Shown here one piece after another: positions 1-13,802 of a stretch of DNA of 64,000 nt; position 1 is the first letter of the stretch; each line of letters starts with the position of its first letter. Source of the stretch: Chiloscyllium plagiosum (taxonomy: Eukaryota); the NCBI RefSeq assembly GCF_004010195.1, contig NC_057718.1, positions 5,292,325 through 5,356,324 of the forward strand. The letters run 5' to 3'. Under the pieces are notes generated by a model. It saw only the letters and a program-made list of their open reading frames with translations, was not told where the DNA came from and made no database searches. The translations under genes were made by a program, and so were the position numbers.

Positions 1-989
1 GCAGAAGACTGCGTAGCATCATAGAATCTCTACAGTGCAGATAGAGGCCATTTGGCCCATTGAGTCTGCACAGATCCAATGAAGGGCAACACATGATTAT
101 TTGGATACAAATAATTTGTGTACATGGGATTATGGGCAAAAGGCAGCAGATTAGCGTTAGGTAATGATGCTTGTTTGAAGAACAGGTGCATGCATGATGG
201 GGTCAAAATGGCTTCGTTTGGTCCCATAACAATTTTGTGATTTTGCAGTATTATCCTATATGATGTAGGCCATTTGGCCCTTTGAATCTGCTCTGCCCAT
301 TCAATGGCTGATCTGATAATCCTCAACTCCACTTCCCAGCCTTTTCCCCATAACCCTTGATTTCCTTACTGAATGACAATCTGCCTATCTCAGCCTGTAT
401 ATACATAATGACTTAACCTCGACGGCCCTCTGTGTTATAGAGTTCCACAGATTCATTTCCCTCTTAATTAAATGGTCTGGGGCTTCAAGCCATCCAGTTC
501 CCAATGCACATACACACAAACATAATTTAGTTTTAAAATATCTCATTCACAAAAGCTAATCATTTTGTTAAATTGAATCAGTCTCATCAGTGTTTGCTAA
601 GGTTGGTTTTTATCTGATATTAAATTGAAAAGAGTATCTACATCATCAGCTTCAATTCACTGCTTCCCAGTGCATATGCACATGAAATGTATATATATAT
701 TTATTAAGAATTTTTTTTAACCAACATTCTGCTTTCCTCTGAACCTCTCGTAAATGGGTGACCCCTTACTCTGAGATGATGCCCTCTGCTCCTAGACTCT
801 CACAAGGGGAAGTAACCTTTCTGTATCTATCCTATCAAGTCTTGCATGTTTCAGTAAGGTTACCTCTCATCCTTCTCTATTCCAATGAGCACAGGCTTAA
901 CCTACACAACCTCTCCTCAGAAGGCAGTTCCTGCATACTCAGGGTCAACCGAGTGAACCTTCTCCACTGACTGCTCCAGTAGTAGCATA

Positions 990-1126
990 GCTGAAAATGT
1001 GTTGCTGGAAAAGCGCAGCAGGTCAGGCAGCATCCAAGGAACAGGAGAATCGGCGTTTCGGGCATAAGCCCTTCCAGCAACACATTTTCAGCTCTGATCT
1101 CCAGCATCTGCAGCCCTCACTTTCTC
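990..1126. mobile_element. Short inverted-repeat Penelope-like relic, family A (internally deleted)
   Basis: gctgaaaatgtgttgctggaa...ttccagcaacacattttcagc inverted arms; 14-bp TSD ccagtagtagcata at 976-989 and 1127-1140. Confidence 0.75.
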
Positions 1127-1529
1127 CCAGTAGTAGCATATCCTTCCTGAGATAAAGAGCATGAACAGTTCACTCTATTCCAGCTGTGGTCCAACTACTG
1201 CTTTTATCATTTTTGCAAGAATTCACTTTTTGTACACTCCATTCTCTTTGAAGTAAAGCCAACAATTCATTTGCTTTCCCCATTACTTGCTGAACTTGGA
1301 TGCTAGCTTTCTTGATTCATGCCTCTGTACTGCAGCTTTCCTCAGTCTTTCACCTTTTAAATAATAAGCAGCTTCCTTATTCTTCCTGCATGACTTCACA
1401 CCTTCCCATATTATAGTCCATATGACAAGTTTTTGCCCACTCAAACTCTATCTATATCCCTCCGCAGTGTCTCTGTGTCATTCTTATGGCTGGCTATCAT
1501 TCTTCCCTGTGATGGGTCATCACTTGTGG

Positions 1530-4190
1530 AACATAGAACAATACAACGCAGAACAGGCCCTTTGGCCCTCGATGTTGCGCCGACCTGTGAACTAATCTAA
1601 GCCCGTTCCCCTATACCATCCCATCAGCATCCATGTGCTTATCCAAGGATTGTTTAAATCTCACTAATGTTGCTGAAGCCCCTCGTACAAGCTGACGTCA
1701 TCATCCTTAGAAAAAGATTTTCACTGTCTAGCCTATCTAATCCTCTGATCATCTTGGGTGTCTCTATCAAATCCCCTCTTAGCCACCTTCTTTCCAAAGA
1801 GAATAGACCCAAGTCTCTCAGCTTTTCCTCATAAGACCTTCCCTCCAGATCAAGCAATATCCTGGTAAATCTCCTCTGCACCTTTTCCAATGCTTCCACA
1901 TCCTTCCTGTAATGGGGTGACCAGAAATGTACACACTTTTCCAAGTGCGGCCACACTAACATTTTGTATAGTTGCAGCATGATATTATGGCTTCGGAACT
2001 CAATCCCTCGACCAATAAAATCTAACACACCGTATGCCTTCTTAACAGCACTATTAACCTGGGTGGCAACTTTCAGGGATTTATGTACATGGACATCAAG
2101 ATCCCTCTGCACATCCACACTACCAAGAGTCTTTCCATTGACCCAGTACTCTGCCTTCCTGTTATTCTTCCCAAAGTGAATCACCTCACATTTATCTACA
2201 TTGAACTCCATTTGTCACCTCTTGGTTCAATTCTGCAGTTTATCCAAGTCCCCCGCAACATTCTTCCACACTGTCTGCTACTCTACCGACTTTAGTGTCA
2301 TCTGTAAATTTACTAATCCATCCACCTATGCCTGCATCCAAGTCATTTATAAAAATGACAAACAGCAGTGGTCCCAAAACAGATCCTTGTGGCATACCAC
2401 TCGTAACCGGACGCCAGGCTAAGTATTTTCCATCAACCACCACTCGCTGCCTTCTTACAGAAAGCTAGTTTCTAATCCAAACTGCTAAATCACCCTTAAC
2501 CCCATTGCCTCTGCATTTTCTCCAACAGTCTACCATGTGGAACCTTATCAAAGGTCTTACTGAAGTCCATGTACACCACATCAACACCCTCCCTCATCCA
2601 CATGCTTGGTCGCCTTCTCAAAAAATTCAATGAGGTTTCTGAGACATGACCTGCCCTTGAAGAAACCATGTTGACTATCTGCAATCAAATTGTTGCTTGC
2701 TAGATGATTATAAATCCTATCTCTCATAATCCTTTCCAAAACATTTCCTACAAAAGACATAAGGCTCACTGGTCTGTAATTACCTGGGTCATCTCTACCG
2801 ACTTTCTTGAACAAGGGATCAACATTTGCAATCCTCCAGTCCTCTGGTACTAAACCTGTAGACAATGATGGCTCAAAGATCAAGGCCAAAGGCTCCAACA
2901 CCTCCTCCCTAGCTTCCCAGAGAATCCTCGGATAAATCCCATCCGGCCCAGGGGCTTGTCTACTTTCATTATTTCTAGAATTGGTAACACCTCTTCCTTA
3001 CTAACCTCGATCCTTTCTAGTCTAATATCTTGTACCTCATTCTTTTCTTCTACAATATTCTCCTTTGCTTGAGTGAAAACCGATGAGAAATATTCGTTTA
3101 GCACCTCTCCGATCTCCACAGGGTCCACACACAACTTCCCACTTCTGTCTTTGACTGGCCCTATTCCAACCTGGTCGTCTTTTTATTCCTCACATACCTA
3201 TAGAAAGCTTTAGGGTTCTCCTTTATTCTACTTGCTAAAGACTGCTCATATCGTTTCTTTGCTCTTCTTAACTCTTTCTTTAAATCCTCCGAGCTACTCT
3301 GTAACTCTCTATCGCCCCATCTGAACCATCTCGCCTCATTGTCATATAAGCCTCCTTCTTCCGCTTAACAAGAGATGCAATTTCTGTAGTAAACCACGGT
3401 TCCCTTACCTTATCACTTCCTTCCTGCCTGACAGGGACATACCTATCAAGCACATGCAATATCTGTTCCTTAAACCAGCTCCACATTTCGATTGTCCCCA
3501 TCCCCTGCATTTTGCGACACCATTCTATGCTTCTTAAGTCTTTTCTAACCACATTATAATTGCCGCTCCCCATTGATAACTCTTGCCCTGTTGCATGTTC
3601 CATCGCTTAACTAAACGTAACCGAATTATGGTCACTTTCCCCAAAGTGCTCACCTATCACTAAATCAAACACCTGGCCTGGTATATTACCAAGCACCAGA
3701 TCCAGTGTGGCCTCCCCTCTTGTCTGCCCTTCAACATACTGTGTCAGGAAACCCTCCTGCACACATTAGACAAAAACTGATCCACCTGAAGTCCCCCATA
3801 ATGACCACCCTGTTCCTATCATTCCTACCCAGAATCATTTTGCCAACCCTCACCTCCACATCCCTGGAACTCTGCGGAGGCCTATAAAATACTCCCAGCA
3901 GTGTGACCTCTCCTATCCTGTTTCTAACCTCAGCCCAGACCACCTCAGTAGACGAGTCCTCGTCAAAAGTTCTTTCAGCCACCGTTATACAGTCCTTGAC
4001 TAACAAGGATACACCTCCCCCTCTTTTACCGTCTTGCCTGATCTTGATGAAAGATCCAAACCCTGGAACCTGCAACATCCATTCCTGACCCTGCTCTATC
4101 CATGTCTTCGAAATGGCCACAATATCGAAGTCCCAAGCTCACCTACCTTATTTTGAGTACTTCTGGCGTTGAAGTAAACACACTTCAAAC
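1530..4190 (-). mobile_element. CR1 LINE, degenerate ORF2 (endonuclease and RT)
   Basis: Fragmented ORFs with [71 protein letters not shown]; (ttctatg)-type 3' tail near 1530. Confidence 0.93.
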
Positions 4191-6049
4191 CAGCTTACTG
4201 TCTGCCAGTACATTCCTATGGCCGTGAAATCCTTTCCTTGCTCTCCCTACTCTCATCCTGTACACTTCAGGTTCCCATCCTGTGTTGCCCTGGATTATCA
4301 TAATCTGGAATTTTGGGATGTGTCCAGCCTTTCTGGAATGCCCTTTGTTCTGGGATTTCATTAGGTTTTTTGTTGGGGTATGTTTGAGCTGGCAACACCA
4401 GATACTGGGTAGCCATAGCCCCACATCAAGCTCCATCCAATCCCAGCACCTCCCTCCCTTGTTTGGAAACACAGAAAGTAGGTGTGGGAGTCTATTAATT
4501 AATACTAACATATAGATTTTCATAAGATAATGCTTTATACCAATATTTTATGGACACATATAGCTATTTACTAAACCAAAACCATTGCCTATAGACAGAA
4601 CATTCCTTTGCCCACCTCTTCTCTGTGACCTAGATAAGAGCATGCAAAGCAGCAGCAGGTACAAGAGCTTACCCAACCTATGGGCACTGCATTTGGCACA
4701 GACCCATTAAGGGTGATTAAGGTTTCATTAAGTTCCCTTTCTGTTACATTAGAGATCATGTTTAAATTATTCTATTTGTGGTCTTGACCTGGTGTATGTG
4801 GAAAGGATGTGGGAGAATCTAGAATGAAGGGACATTGTTTAAAAATAAAAACTGGCCCAATTAAGACAGAAGGGAGGATGTTTCTCATCGAGAATCATGA
4901 GTCTTTGAGACTCTTCTTCCAAAGTCAAATAAACAAGGAGGTTGGAATGTGCAGATATCAGATTGTATTGAGTGATTGAGCAGGCCGGAGGGGCATAGAG
5001 ATCTCCTCCTGTTCCTAATTTCTATGGTCATATGTATTAACTCCACCTCCTCATTGTGGACAGACACTTGGAGAATTCTTTCTCTCCTCATAACTGAACC
5101 GGCTCTGGTCACCCACAGCTCAATTTATAGAATATTTGCATCATTCTTATAGTTCACAAGTGTGTTCCAGCAATTACCACAAGAAGTTAAGACATACCTG
5201 GGAGCTGTTAACTAACATTATACCTGTTTGTTAGCTGTCAATATCAAAGCTGAGTTGTTCACTGCATTATTTCTAAGTCAGAAAATTGAACTATTCTGGT
5301 GCAGTGTTTGAAAAGCCTTGCTTTGTGGGAGCTGCTGCCTTTTGGATGGAAAACAGACTGGAGAAAGCATTTCATGTATCAGTGCATGTAGAGAAATTAC
5401 TCTATTTCACTTATTCCTAAATGAAAGAAATAATATCACTTACATGGCTCACCAATAGTTCATGCCAAATCTATTGCTCAGCACTAACTCTAAAAATGGT
5501 TGGTCTGATTATTAATCACTTTGATGGTTGTGGGAGCTTACTAGTGCAAATTGGCTGCTATGTTTCCTACATAACAATCATGTCTACTCATTAAAAGTAC
5601 TTTGATAACATAAGAATATAGGAAATGGGAGCAGCCCTAAGTCATTCAGCCTTTTGAGAGTACTTGGCCTTTCAATGATTCATGGCTGATCTTCTACTTC
5701 AGTACTATTTTCCATACTCTCCCCAGATCCCTCAATGGCATTACTACCTAGAAATATATCAATCTCAGTCTTGATCATACTCAGTGGCTAGGTCTTGCCC
5801 ACCTTCTGGAGCAGATTCAGGGTTTAAGATGCTTTGGGACATTGTAAAAGGTTCCATACAGATATAACTTTTCTTGCAATGTATTTCTATTTATTTCCAA
5901 ATACCTAATTGCCTTTGAAAGCAGCTGAAAATTCTACAGTCCACTTGGCGGTATGAACAGTTACGATGCTGTTTAGGAAAGAGACTCTGGGAATTTGATC
6001 TGGGAAGAAGGAGGGACTTCCAAGTTTTGTCTTCATTGCTCAGACCTTT

Positions 6050-6585
6050 GGGTTTATGTTGAGGTTGTACAGAGTATTGGTGAGGCCTCCTCTGGAGCAC
6101 TGTGTCCAGTTCTGCTCTCCCTGTTATAGGTGAAATATTATTAAGCTGGAGAGGATCCAGAAGAGATTTATCAGGAGGTTGCCAGGAATGGAAGGTATGA
6201 ATTATAAAGTGAGGCTTTTTTCACTGGAGCATAAGAGGTTAAGAGGTGACCTTTATAGGTTTATAAAATCATGAAGATTATAAATAAGGGGAATGACAAG
6301 TGTCTTTTCCCTAAGGTGGCAGATTTCAAGACTGGTTTGAGGTGAAATATTTTAAAAAAGACATTTAAAAAGGCCAAATTGTTTACACATAGTGGTTCAT
6401 GTGTGGAATGAACCATCAGAGGAAATGGGTACAGTTACAACATTTACATAACATTTAGATAAGTACATGAAAAGTAAATGTCTGGAGAGATACGAGCCAA
6501 GCACAGGCAGGTGGGACTAGTTTAGTTTGTGATCATGGATTGGTTGGACCGAAGGGTCTGTTTCCGTATGACTGTGTGACTCTGA
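6050..6585 (+). mobile_element. CR1 LINE 3' fragment
   Basis: Similar to the 3' end of the 8180-11652 copy; ends ttggaccgaagggtctgtttcc...tgactc. Confidence 0.8.
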
Positions 6586-8179
6586 ATTAGGATCGTGTCA
6601 GACCTCCAAGAGCATTTTGTTCTTTTTGCAGACAACAAGGTAGAGAGGTGCTGCTGGAGTGCATTGCATTTTTTAACCAGCCATATTGCAGATACCGTGG
6701 GCCAATGAGGAAAGGATTGCAAATTAAGTTCAGTGATAGGTTCCATCCAACAGGCTGTATCCTGGGGGAGATTCTACAGTTTTACTGTGACTGGGCATTA
6801 TCAAGACAAGTGGTGAATATTCTATCACTAACATGACCAGAACCTCGCTGGCTCTGCTATACCTGAACATTCGCCTGAAACAGCACACTTAGGTGGAAAA
6901 CTCCATCAACATTTTTCAGTGTCACCGCAGGTAATGCACAAATCCCTCCGTTCCCCCCAAAATTGTCTGAATTCCTGAAGATAGGACAAGACCATGTAAT
7001 CATTGTTTGTCACAGGATCCTTAAACAGACCTTAAAGAGATTATTGACAGAGAGCAGTAAATGAAATCATGGGGATTACATATACTCTTATAATGTGTTT
7101 ATTCTACTGTAATATCACTTCAAAGTCAACCAAAACAGTCAGGCATGCATTGAATTGTGCAAAGTACAGATATTAATGTACAAAATTATTCAGTCCAGTG
7201 TTAATAGTCATATTGTTCTATTGCAAATCTGAACACACCACCAATAAACAGACTCCATTTCGGCATTTGACGTCCTGAACCTGAATCTGAAAAAAAAGCT
7301 AGAGACAAAATCAAGTATCAAAATCTCCTTCTATTATCACTCTTCAGGAATTCTATCAGACTCCTTGTCATTGATGGTATTGTTTCAACAACAAGTATAG
7401 AAAATAACCTGGCTATTGATGGTTGGGCCAGCACTTGTTTCTCATTGTAGTTACCCTTAAGAAGGTGGTGGTGAGCTGCCTTCTTGAACTGCTGTAGTTC
7501 ATTTGCTGTAGGTAGACCCACAATGCCCTTAGAAAGGGAATTCCAGACTTTTGACTCAACGATGCTGAAGGAATGGTGATATATTTATAAATGGGATGAT
7601 GTTTGGCAGTTTCTGTCCCTAATTGTAAGTTATTTTTCTTATTTCCTATACTGACAGACCTGCTGTGTATGTCTACCATTTTCTGTTTCTTTTTGATATT
7701 TTGTTAAGTGTTAAGGGTTTTCACTGTGACAAAGTTGACTGTGAAAAATATGAATATTGACATTAAATTTTCAACAATGTGTGCAGTATGAATATGTGAA
7801 CTCACAAGTTAAGTATCAGTTGACAGAACATAGGAAATGGGAGCAAGAGGAGACCATTCAACATTTAAAAGGCATATGAATGGGTACATTAAATAGGAAG
7901 GGTTTAGAGGGATATGGACCAAATGCTGGCAAATGGGAAGTAGATTGATTTAGGATATCTGGTCAGCATGGACGAGTTGGACAAAGGCTCTGTTTCTGTG
8001 CTGTACATCTCTATGACTCTCAAGAGTGCGCTACGATTCAAGATGGCCACAGCAAATGCTCAGTCTCAACCCCATTTTCTTACATTGTCTCCATATGCCT
8101 TTGTGGTCAAAAACCAATCAATCCCTACACGGAACTGTGGATGCTCAGTCATTGAGTTTATTCAAGGCTGAGAAGTCCT

Positions 8180-11100
8180 CAGACATCGGAAGGGAAAAAG
8201 GATGAGATTCTGAAGGGAGAGTACAGAGAGTTAGGCAGGAATTTAAAAAGGTCCTCAAGAGTAGTAATATCTGGAATACTCCTGGTGCTACGAGCTAGTG
8301 AGGGCAGGAATAGGAGAGCTGAAAATGTGTTGCTGGAAAAGCGCAGCAGGTCAGGCAGCATCCAGGGAACAGGAGAATCGACGTTTCGGGCATAAGCCCT
8401 TCTTCAGGAAGGGCTTATGCCCGAAACGTCGATTCTCCTGCTCCTTGGATGCTGCCTGACCTGCTGCGCTTTTCCAGCAACACATTTTCAGCTCTGATCT
8501 CCAGCATCTGCAGACCTCACTTTCTCCTCCTAGGAATAGGAGAATAGAGCAGATGAATGCATGGCTGAGGAGCTGGTTTATGGGAGAAGGATTCACATTT
8601 TTGGATCATTGGAAAATGATTTGGTGTAGAAGTGACCTGTACAAGAAGGACATATATGCACATAAATTGGAAGGGGACTAATATATTGGCAGGGAGATTT
8701 ACTCGAGCTGCTTGGGAGGATCTAAACTAGTAAGATGGGGTGGTGGGACCCAGGGAGAAAGTGAGGAAAGAGATCAATCTAAGACTGGTACAGTTGAGAA
8801 AAGAAGCAAGCCAAACAGTCAAGGCAGGCAGGGACAAAGCAGAGAAAAAGGTAGGACTGGTACATTTATTTCAATACAAGAGGCCTAACAGGGAAGGCAG
8901 ATGAACTCAGGGTATGGTTAGGAACATGGGACTGGGATATCATAGCAATTACAGAAACATGGCTCAGGGATGGGCAGGACTGGCAGCTTAATGTTCCAGG
9001 ATACAAATGCTGCAGGAAGGATAGAAAAGGAGGCAAGAGAGGAGGGGGAGTGGCATTTCTGATAAGGGATAGCATTACAGCTGTGCTGAGGGAGGATATT
9101 CCCAGAAATACATTCAGGGGAGTTATTTGGTTGGAACTGAGAAATATGAAAGGGGTGATCACCTTATTATAGACCCCCTAACAATCAGAGGGAAATTGAG
9201 AAACAAATTTGTAAGGAGAGCCCAGTTATTTGTAAGAATAATAGGGTGGCTATGGTAGGGGATTTTAACTTTCTAAACACAGACTGGGACTGCCATAGTG
9301 TTAAGGGTTTAGATGGAGAGGAATTTGTTAAGTGTGGACAAGAGAATTTTCTGATTCAGTATGCGGATTTACCTAGTAGAGAAGGTGCAAAACTTGACCT
9401 ACTGTTGGGAAATAAGGCAGGGCAGGTGACTGTGGGGAGCACTTTGGTGCCAGTGACCATAATTCTATTAGTTTTAAAATAGTGATGGAAATGGATAGAC
9501 CAGATCTAAAAGTTGAAGTTCTAAATTGGAGAAAGGCTAATTTTGACGGTATTAGGCAAGAACTTTCAAAAACTGTTTGGGGGTAGCTGTCCGCAGATAA
9601 AGGGCCTGCTGGAAAATAGGAAGCCTTCAGAAATGAGATAACGAGAATCTGGAGAAAGTATATTCCTGTTCGGGTGAAAGGAAAGGCTGGTAGGTGTGGA
9701 GTATGCTGGATGACTAGAAAAGTTGAGGGTTAAGAAAAAGAAGGAAGCATATGTCAGGTCCAGACAGGATAGATCAAGTAAATCCTTGGAAGAGTATATA
9801 GGCATTAGGAGTAAACTTAAGAGGGAAATCAGGAGGGCAAAAAGGGGACATGAGATAGCTTTGGCAAATAGAGTTAAGGAGAATCCAAAGGGTTTTTACA
9901 AATACATTAAGGACAAAAGGGTAACTAGGGAGAGAATAGAGCCACAGGAGATGGGGAGATGCTAAACGAGTATTTTGCATCAGTGTTTACTGTAGAAAAC
10001 GACATGGAAGATATAGAATGTAGGGAAAAAGATGGTGACATCTTGAAAAATGTCCATATTACAGAGGAGGAAGTGCTGGATGTCTTGAAACACATAAAAA
10101 GTGGATATATCTCCAGGACCTGATCAGGTGCATCCAAACACTCTTGGGAAGCTTGGGAAGTGATTGCTGGACCTCTTGCTGAGATATTTGTATCATCAAT
10201 AGTCACAGGTGAGATGCCAGAAGATTGGAGGTTGGCTAATGTTATGCCATTATTTAAGAAAGGTGGTAAGGACAAGCAAGAGAACTATAGACCAGTGAGC
10301 CTGACCTCGGTGGTGGGCAAGTTGTTGGAGGGAATCCTGAGGGACAGGATGTACATGTTTTTGGAAAGGCAAAGACAGATTAGGGATAGTCAACATGGCT
10401 TTGTGTGTGGGAAATCATGTCTCACAAACTTGATTGAGGTTTTTGAAGAAGTAACAGAGAGGATTGATGAGGGCAGAGTGGTAGACGTGATCTATATGGA
10501 CTTCAGTAAGGTATTCGACCAGGTTCCCCATTGGAGACTGATTCACAAGCTTGTGAAATACAGGGAGAACTAGCCATTTGGATACGTAACTGGCTCAAAG
10601 GCAGGAGACAGAGGGTGGTGGTGGTGGAGGGTTTTTTTTCAGACTGGAGGCCTGTGACCAGTGGCGTACCACAAGGATCGGTGCTGTGTCCACTACTTAT
10701 TGTCATTTACACAAATGATTTGGATGCGAGCATAAGAGGTACAGTTAGTAAGTTTGCAGATGACACCAAAATTGGAGGTGTTGTGGACACCTCAGATTAC
10801 AACAGGATCTTGATTGGATGGGCCAAGGGCTGAGGAGTGGCTCATAAATGCGAGGTGCTGCATTTTGGGAAAGCAAATCTTAGCAGGACTTATACACTTA
10901 ATGGTAAGGTCCTAGGGAGTGTTGCTAAACAAAGAGACCTTGGAGTGCAGGTTGCAAGCTCCTTGAAAGTGGAGTCGCAGGTAGATAGGATAGTGAAGAA
11001 GGCGTTTGATATGATTTCCTTTATTGGTCAGAGTATTGAGTACAGGAGCTGGGAGGTCATGTTGCGGCTGTACAGGACATTGGTTAGGCCGTTTTTGGAA

Positions 11101-11652
11101 TATTGCATGCAATTCTGGTCTCCTTCCTATCAGAAAGATGTTGTGAAACTTGAAAGGGTTCAGAAAAAATTTACAAGGATATTGCCAGGGTTGGAGGATT
11201 TGTGCTATAGGGAGAGGTTGAATAGGCTGGGGCTGTTTTCCCTGGAGTGTCGGAGGCAGAGGGGTGACCTTATAGAGTTTTATAAAATCATGAGGGGCAT
11301 GGATAGGATAAGTAGACAAAGTATTTTCCCTGGGGTCGGGGAGTCCAGAACTAGAGGGCATAGGGCGAGAGGGGAAAGATATAAAAGAGACCTAAGGGGC
11401 AACATTTTCACATGAAGGGTAATATGTATATGGAATGAGCTGCCAGAGGAAGTGGTGGAGGTTGGTACAATTGCAACCTTTAAAAGGCACTGGATGGGTA
11501 TATGAATAGGAAGGGTTTGGAGGGATATGGGCCAGGTGCTGGCAGGTGGGACTAGATTGGGTTGGGATATCTGGTCGGCATGGACGATTTGGACTGAAGG
11601 GTCTGTTTCCATGCTGTGCATCTCTATGACGAGGACTATGACACTATGACTC
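8180..11652 (+). mobile_element. Near-full-length degenerate CR1 LINE (ORF1 esterase-like remnant plus ORF2), with nested family A insertion
   Basis: ORF1-like VVISGILL...MNAWLRSW...FLDHW, then endonuclease (VGDFNF) and RT ([23 protein letters not shown]) fragments; (tctatgac) tail at about 11620-11652. Confidence 0.92.
8318..8531. mobile_element. Family A palindromic Penelope-like relic with hammerhead core, nested in CR1 ORF1
   Basis: About 85-bp near-perfect inverted arms; 12-bp TSD aggaataggaga at 8306-8317 and 8532-8543. Minus strand reads CTGAAGA A GGGC TTAT GCCC GAAA C GTC. Confidence 0.8.
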
Positions 11653-11967
11653 ACAACTTTCTGACTGAAACAATTTCAGCAAGCAATCTCATGAAATTCT
11701 GTTACTCCTTCTGTAAAGCAAACACATAATTTCTTGGTTAATTTGGCCATTAATGGAAAGCAAGATTCAAATACAGTTTAAACTGGGCAACTGATCTCAT
11801 TATACATTTTTTATAGGGGGCTGATTGGTGAACAAATCAAAGTCCATTTTCCATCTAATCAGTACCCTGTTTCTCATGTAGGTTAAATTTCTGTTCCCAT
11901 TTAAATTCATGCATCTTTCCTGATGGATGCAGGACGGAAAGCTTCTACAGCTTGATTTTTTAATAGT

Positions 11968-12180
11968 CATGATTTGGAGATGCCGGTGTTGGACTGGGGT
12001 GTACAAAGTTAAAAATCACACAACACCAGGTTATAGTCCAACAGGTTTAATTGGAAGCACTAGCTTTCGGAGCGCTGCTCCTTCATCAGGTGGATGATGA
12101 AGGAGCGGCGCTCCGAAAGCTAGCGCTTCCGATTAAACCTGTTGGACTATAACCTGGTGTTGTGTGATTTTTAACTTTGT
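11968..12180. mobile_element. Family B palindromic Penelope-like relic
   Basis: About 85-bp inverted arms (acaaagttaaaaatcacacaacaccaggttatagtccaacagg... and its reverse complement) centred near 12092. Confidence 0.8.
12058..12092 (-). ncRNA. Minimal type-I hammerhead ribozyme motif (family B)
   Basis: Minus strand CAC CTGATGA A GGAGC AGC GCTCC GAAA GC TA GTG: 3-bp stem I, intact core, 5-bp stem II, palindromic AGCT stem III, CUA cleavage triplet. Confidence 0.75.
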
Positions 12181-12419
12181 TTTTGAAAGCAACACTCATG
12201 TTTCGTACAACGAAGAAACTGCTTTTGTGTTTTTATTTCTGTATTTTACTTCATTTTCAGTACCTACAGTTTTCTAATATTACCATGTCAAAATTAATTC
12301 CTTGCAATTTTGTCCTCTTATTTCATTGTAAGACACTATTCTTGATAAAGATAGGGTTTTACTTCTTAATTGCTAGTTATTTATATTGTAAATATTTACT
12401 TATACACTTAATTGTAAGA

Positions 12420-12700
12420 TCCTGGGGGGTGGTGCTGAACAGAGACCTTGGAGTGCACATTCATAATTCCTTGAAAGTAGAATCGCAGGTAGATATGATA
12501 GTAAAGAAGGTGGTTGATATGCTTTCCTTTATTGGTCAGTGCATTGAATATAGGAGTTGGGAGGTCATGTTATAGCTGTACAGGACATTGGTTAGGCCAC
12601 TTTTGGAATATTGCGTGCAATTCTGGTCTCCTTCCTACTGGAAAGATATTGTAAACTTAAAAGGGTCTGTTTCCATGCTGTACATCTCTATGACTCTGTC
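12420..12700 (+). mobile_element. CR1 LINE 3' fragment (internally deleted)
   Basis: RDLGVHIHNSLKVESQVD...IEYRSWEVML; tctatgac tail. Confidence 0.8.
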
Positions 12701-12939
12701 GATTATAGCAATTAATAATTGTGTGGTTTGAGCACATTATAAAGAGAGATAAGGTGATACTGCATTGTTAGGTGGGAAGCTGATATATGTGATGCTCTAT
12801 TCTGGAAATAAATGTAAGATCAAGAAAAGTATTTGTATTTGAGTATTTTACTTTACCAACTATCTTGGATTGTATTAACATGACTGGACAATAGCAGTCT
12901 ATCTCCAATAAAGTGGCCCAGACTAATGCGAAGGGCTGG

Positions 12940-13155
12940 AACAATTCAAAGAACTGTGGATGCTGGAGATCTGAAACAAAAACAGAAATTGCTGGAGAAA
13001 CTCAGCAGGTCTGGCAGCATCTGTGCGAAGAAATCAGAGTTAATGATTCGTCAGTTCTGATGAAGCATTACTGGACTCGAAATGTTAACTCTGCTATCTT
13101 CCCACAGATGCTGCTAGACCCCTTGAGTTTTGCCCGCAATTTCTGTTTCAAACAA
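12940..13155. mobile_element. Family D degenerate palindromic element (old, Penelope-like)
   Basis: Arms gaaacagaaattgctggagaaactcagcagg / ...tttctgtttc with decayed core agtt CTGATGA...GACTC GAAA TGTT aact. Related copies at about 18590-18795, 19085-19200, 24410-24560, 33178-33305, 42190-42390 and 43695-43850. Confidence 0.55.
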
Positions 13156-13517
13156 TAAGGGCTGCACAGGTACTGAGTAATGGTGCAACTCTTAGAACAA
13201 CCTTTTCACTCTCTCTCAAGCAAATAAGTGATGACCTTTCATTGTTGTTATGTGTGAATGTGCTTCAACATTAGGGAAAGAAGTAAACAGTGCTGACCTG
13301 CTTACATTAGCGGTGAAGTGAGTGATTACAGGTGGGATTTCTGAAGAGGAAGGCTTGTGGCAAGTTTGTGAAAGACTGTGAAATTAAGATGAAAAATGGT
13401 CAGTGGGGAACATTAAGTGTCTGAACTGCAATGGATAACGATAAAAAGCAGGAACAAGGAGAACACAACACAAACCAAAAGGCATTAATTTCTAAACACA
13501 TAGTGAGGGACAGCTCA

Positions 13518-13802
13518 TCAATCCCTACAATGTGGAAGCAGGCCATTCAGCCCACTGAGTCCATACCAATCCTCCGAATAGCATCCCACCCACACCCAAC
13601 CCGTCTCAGTAACCCTGCATTTCCCATGGCCAATCCAACTAATCTGCGCATCTTTGGATTGTGGGAGGAACATATTCCACCCAGATGAAACCCATACAGA
13701 CACGGGCGAAAATATGTAAACTCCACACAGACAATCAACTGAGGATGAAATTGAACCCGAGTCCAAGGTGCTCTGAGGCCGCAGTTCTAACCACTGAGCT
13801 AC
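13518..13802 (-). mobile_element. HE1-like tRNA-derived SINE
   Basis: Reverse complement resembles the 37713-38020 copy (agtggttag...gggttcaattt...gtgtggagttt). Confidence 0.8.

Noticed and set aside
6893..6907. VENSI peptide reminiscent of the IPCEF1 C-terminus
   Set aside because: Immediately preceded by an in-frame TAG with no upstream similarity; coincidence.
8318..8531. Palindromic repeats as DNA-transposon MITEs or miRNA hairpins
   Set aside because: Arms are asymmetric, TSDs are variable (11-15 bp), and hammerhead cores and GIY-YIG remnants point to Penelope-like retroelements.
10837..11415. 192-aa ORF (and similar ORFs at 1654-2211 and 52956-53366) as host genes
   Set aside because: Fragments of frameshifted CR1 ORF2; no intact autonomous element is present in the window.
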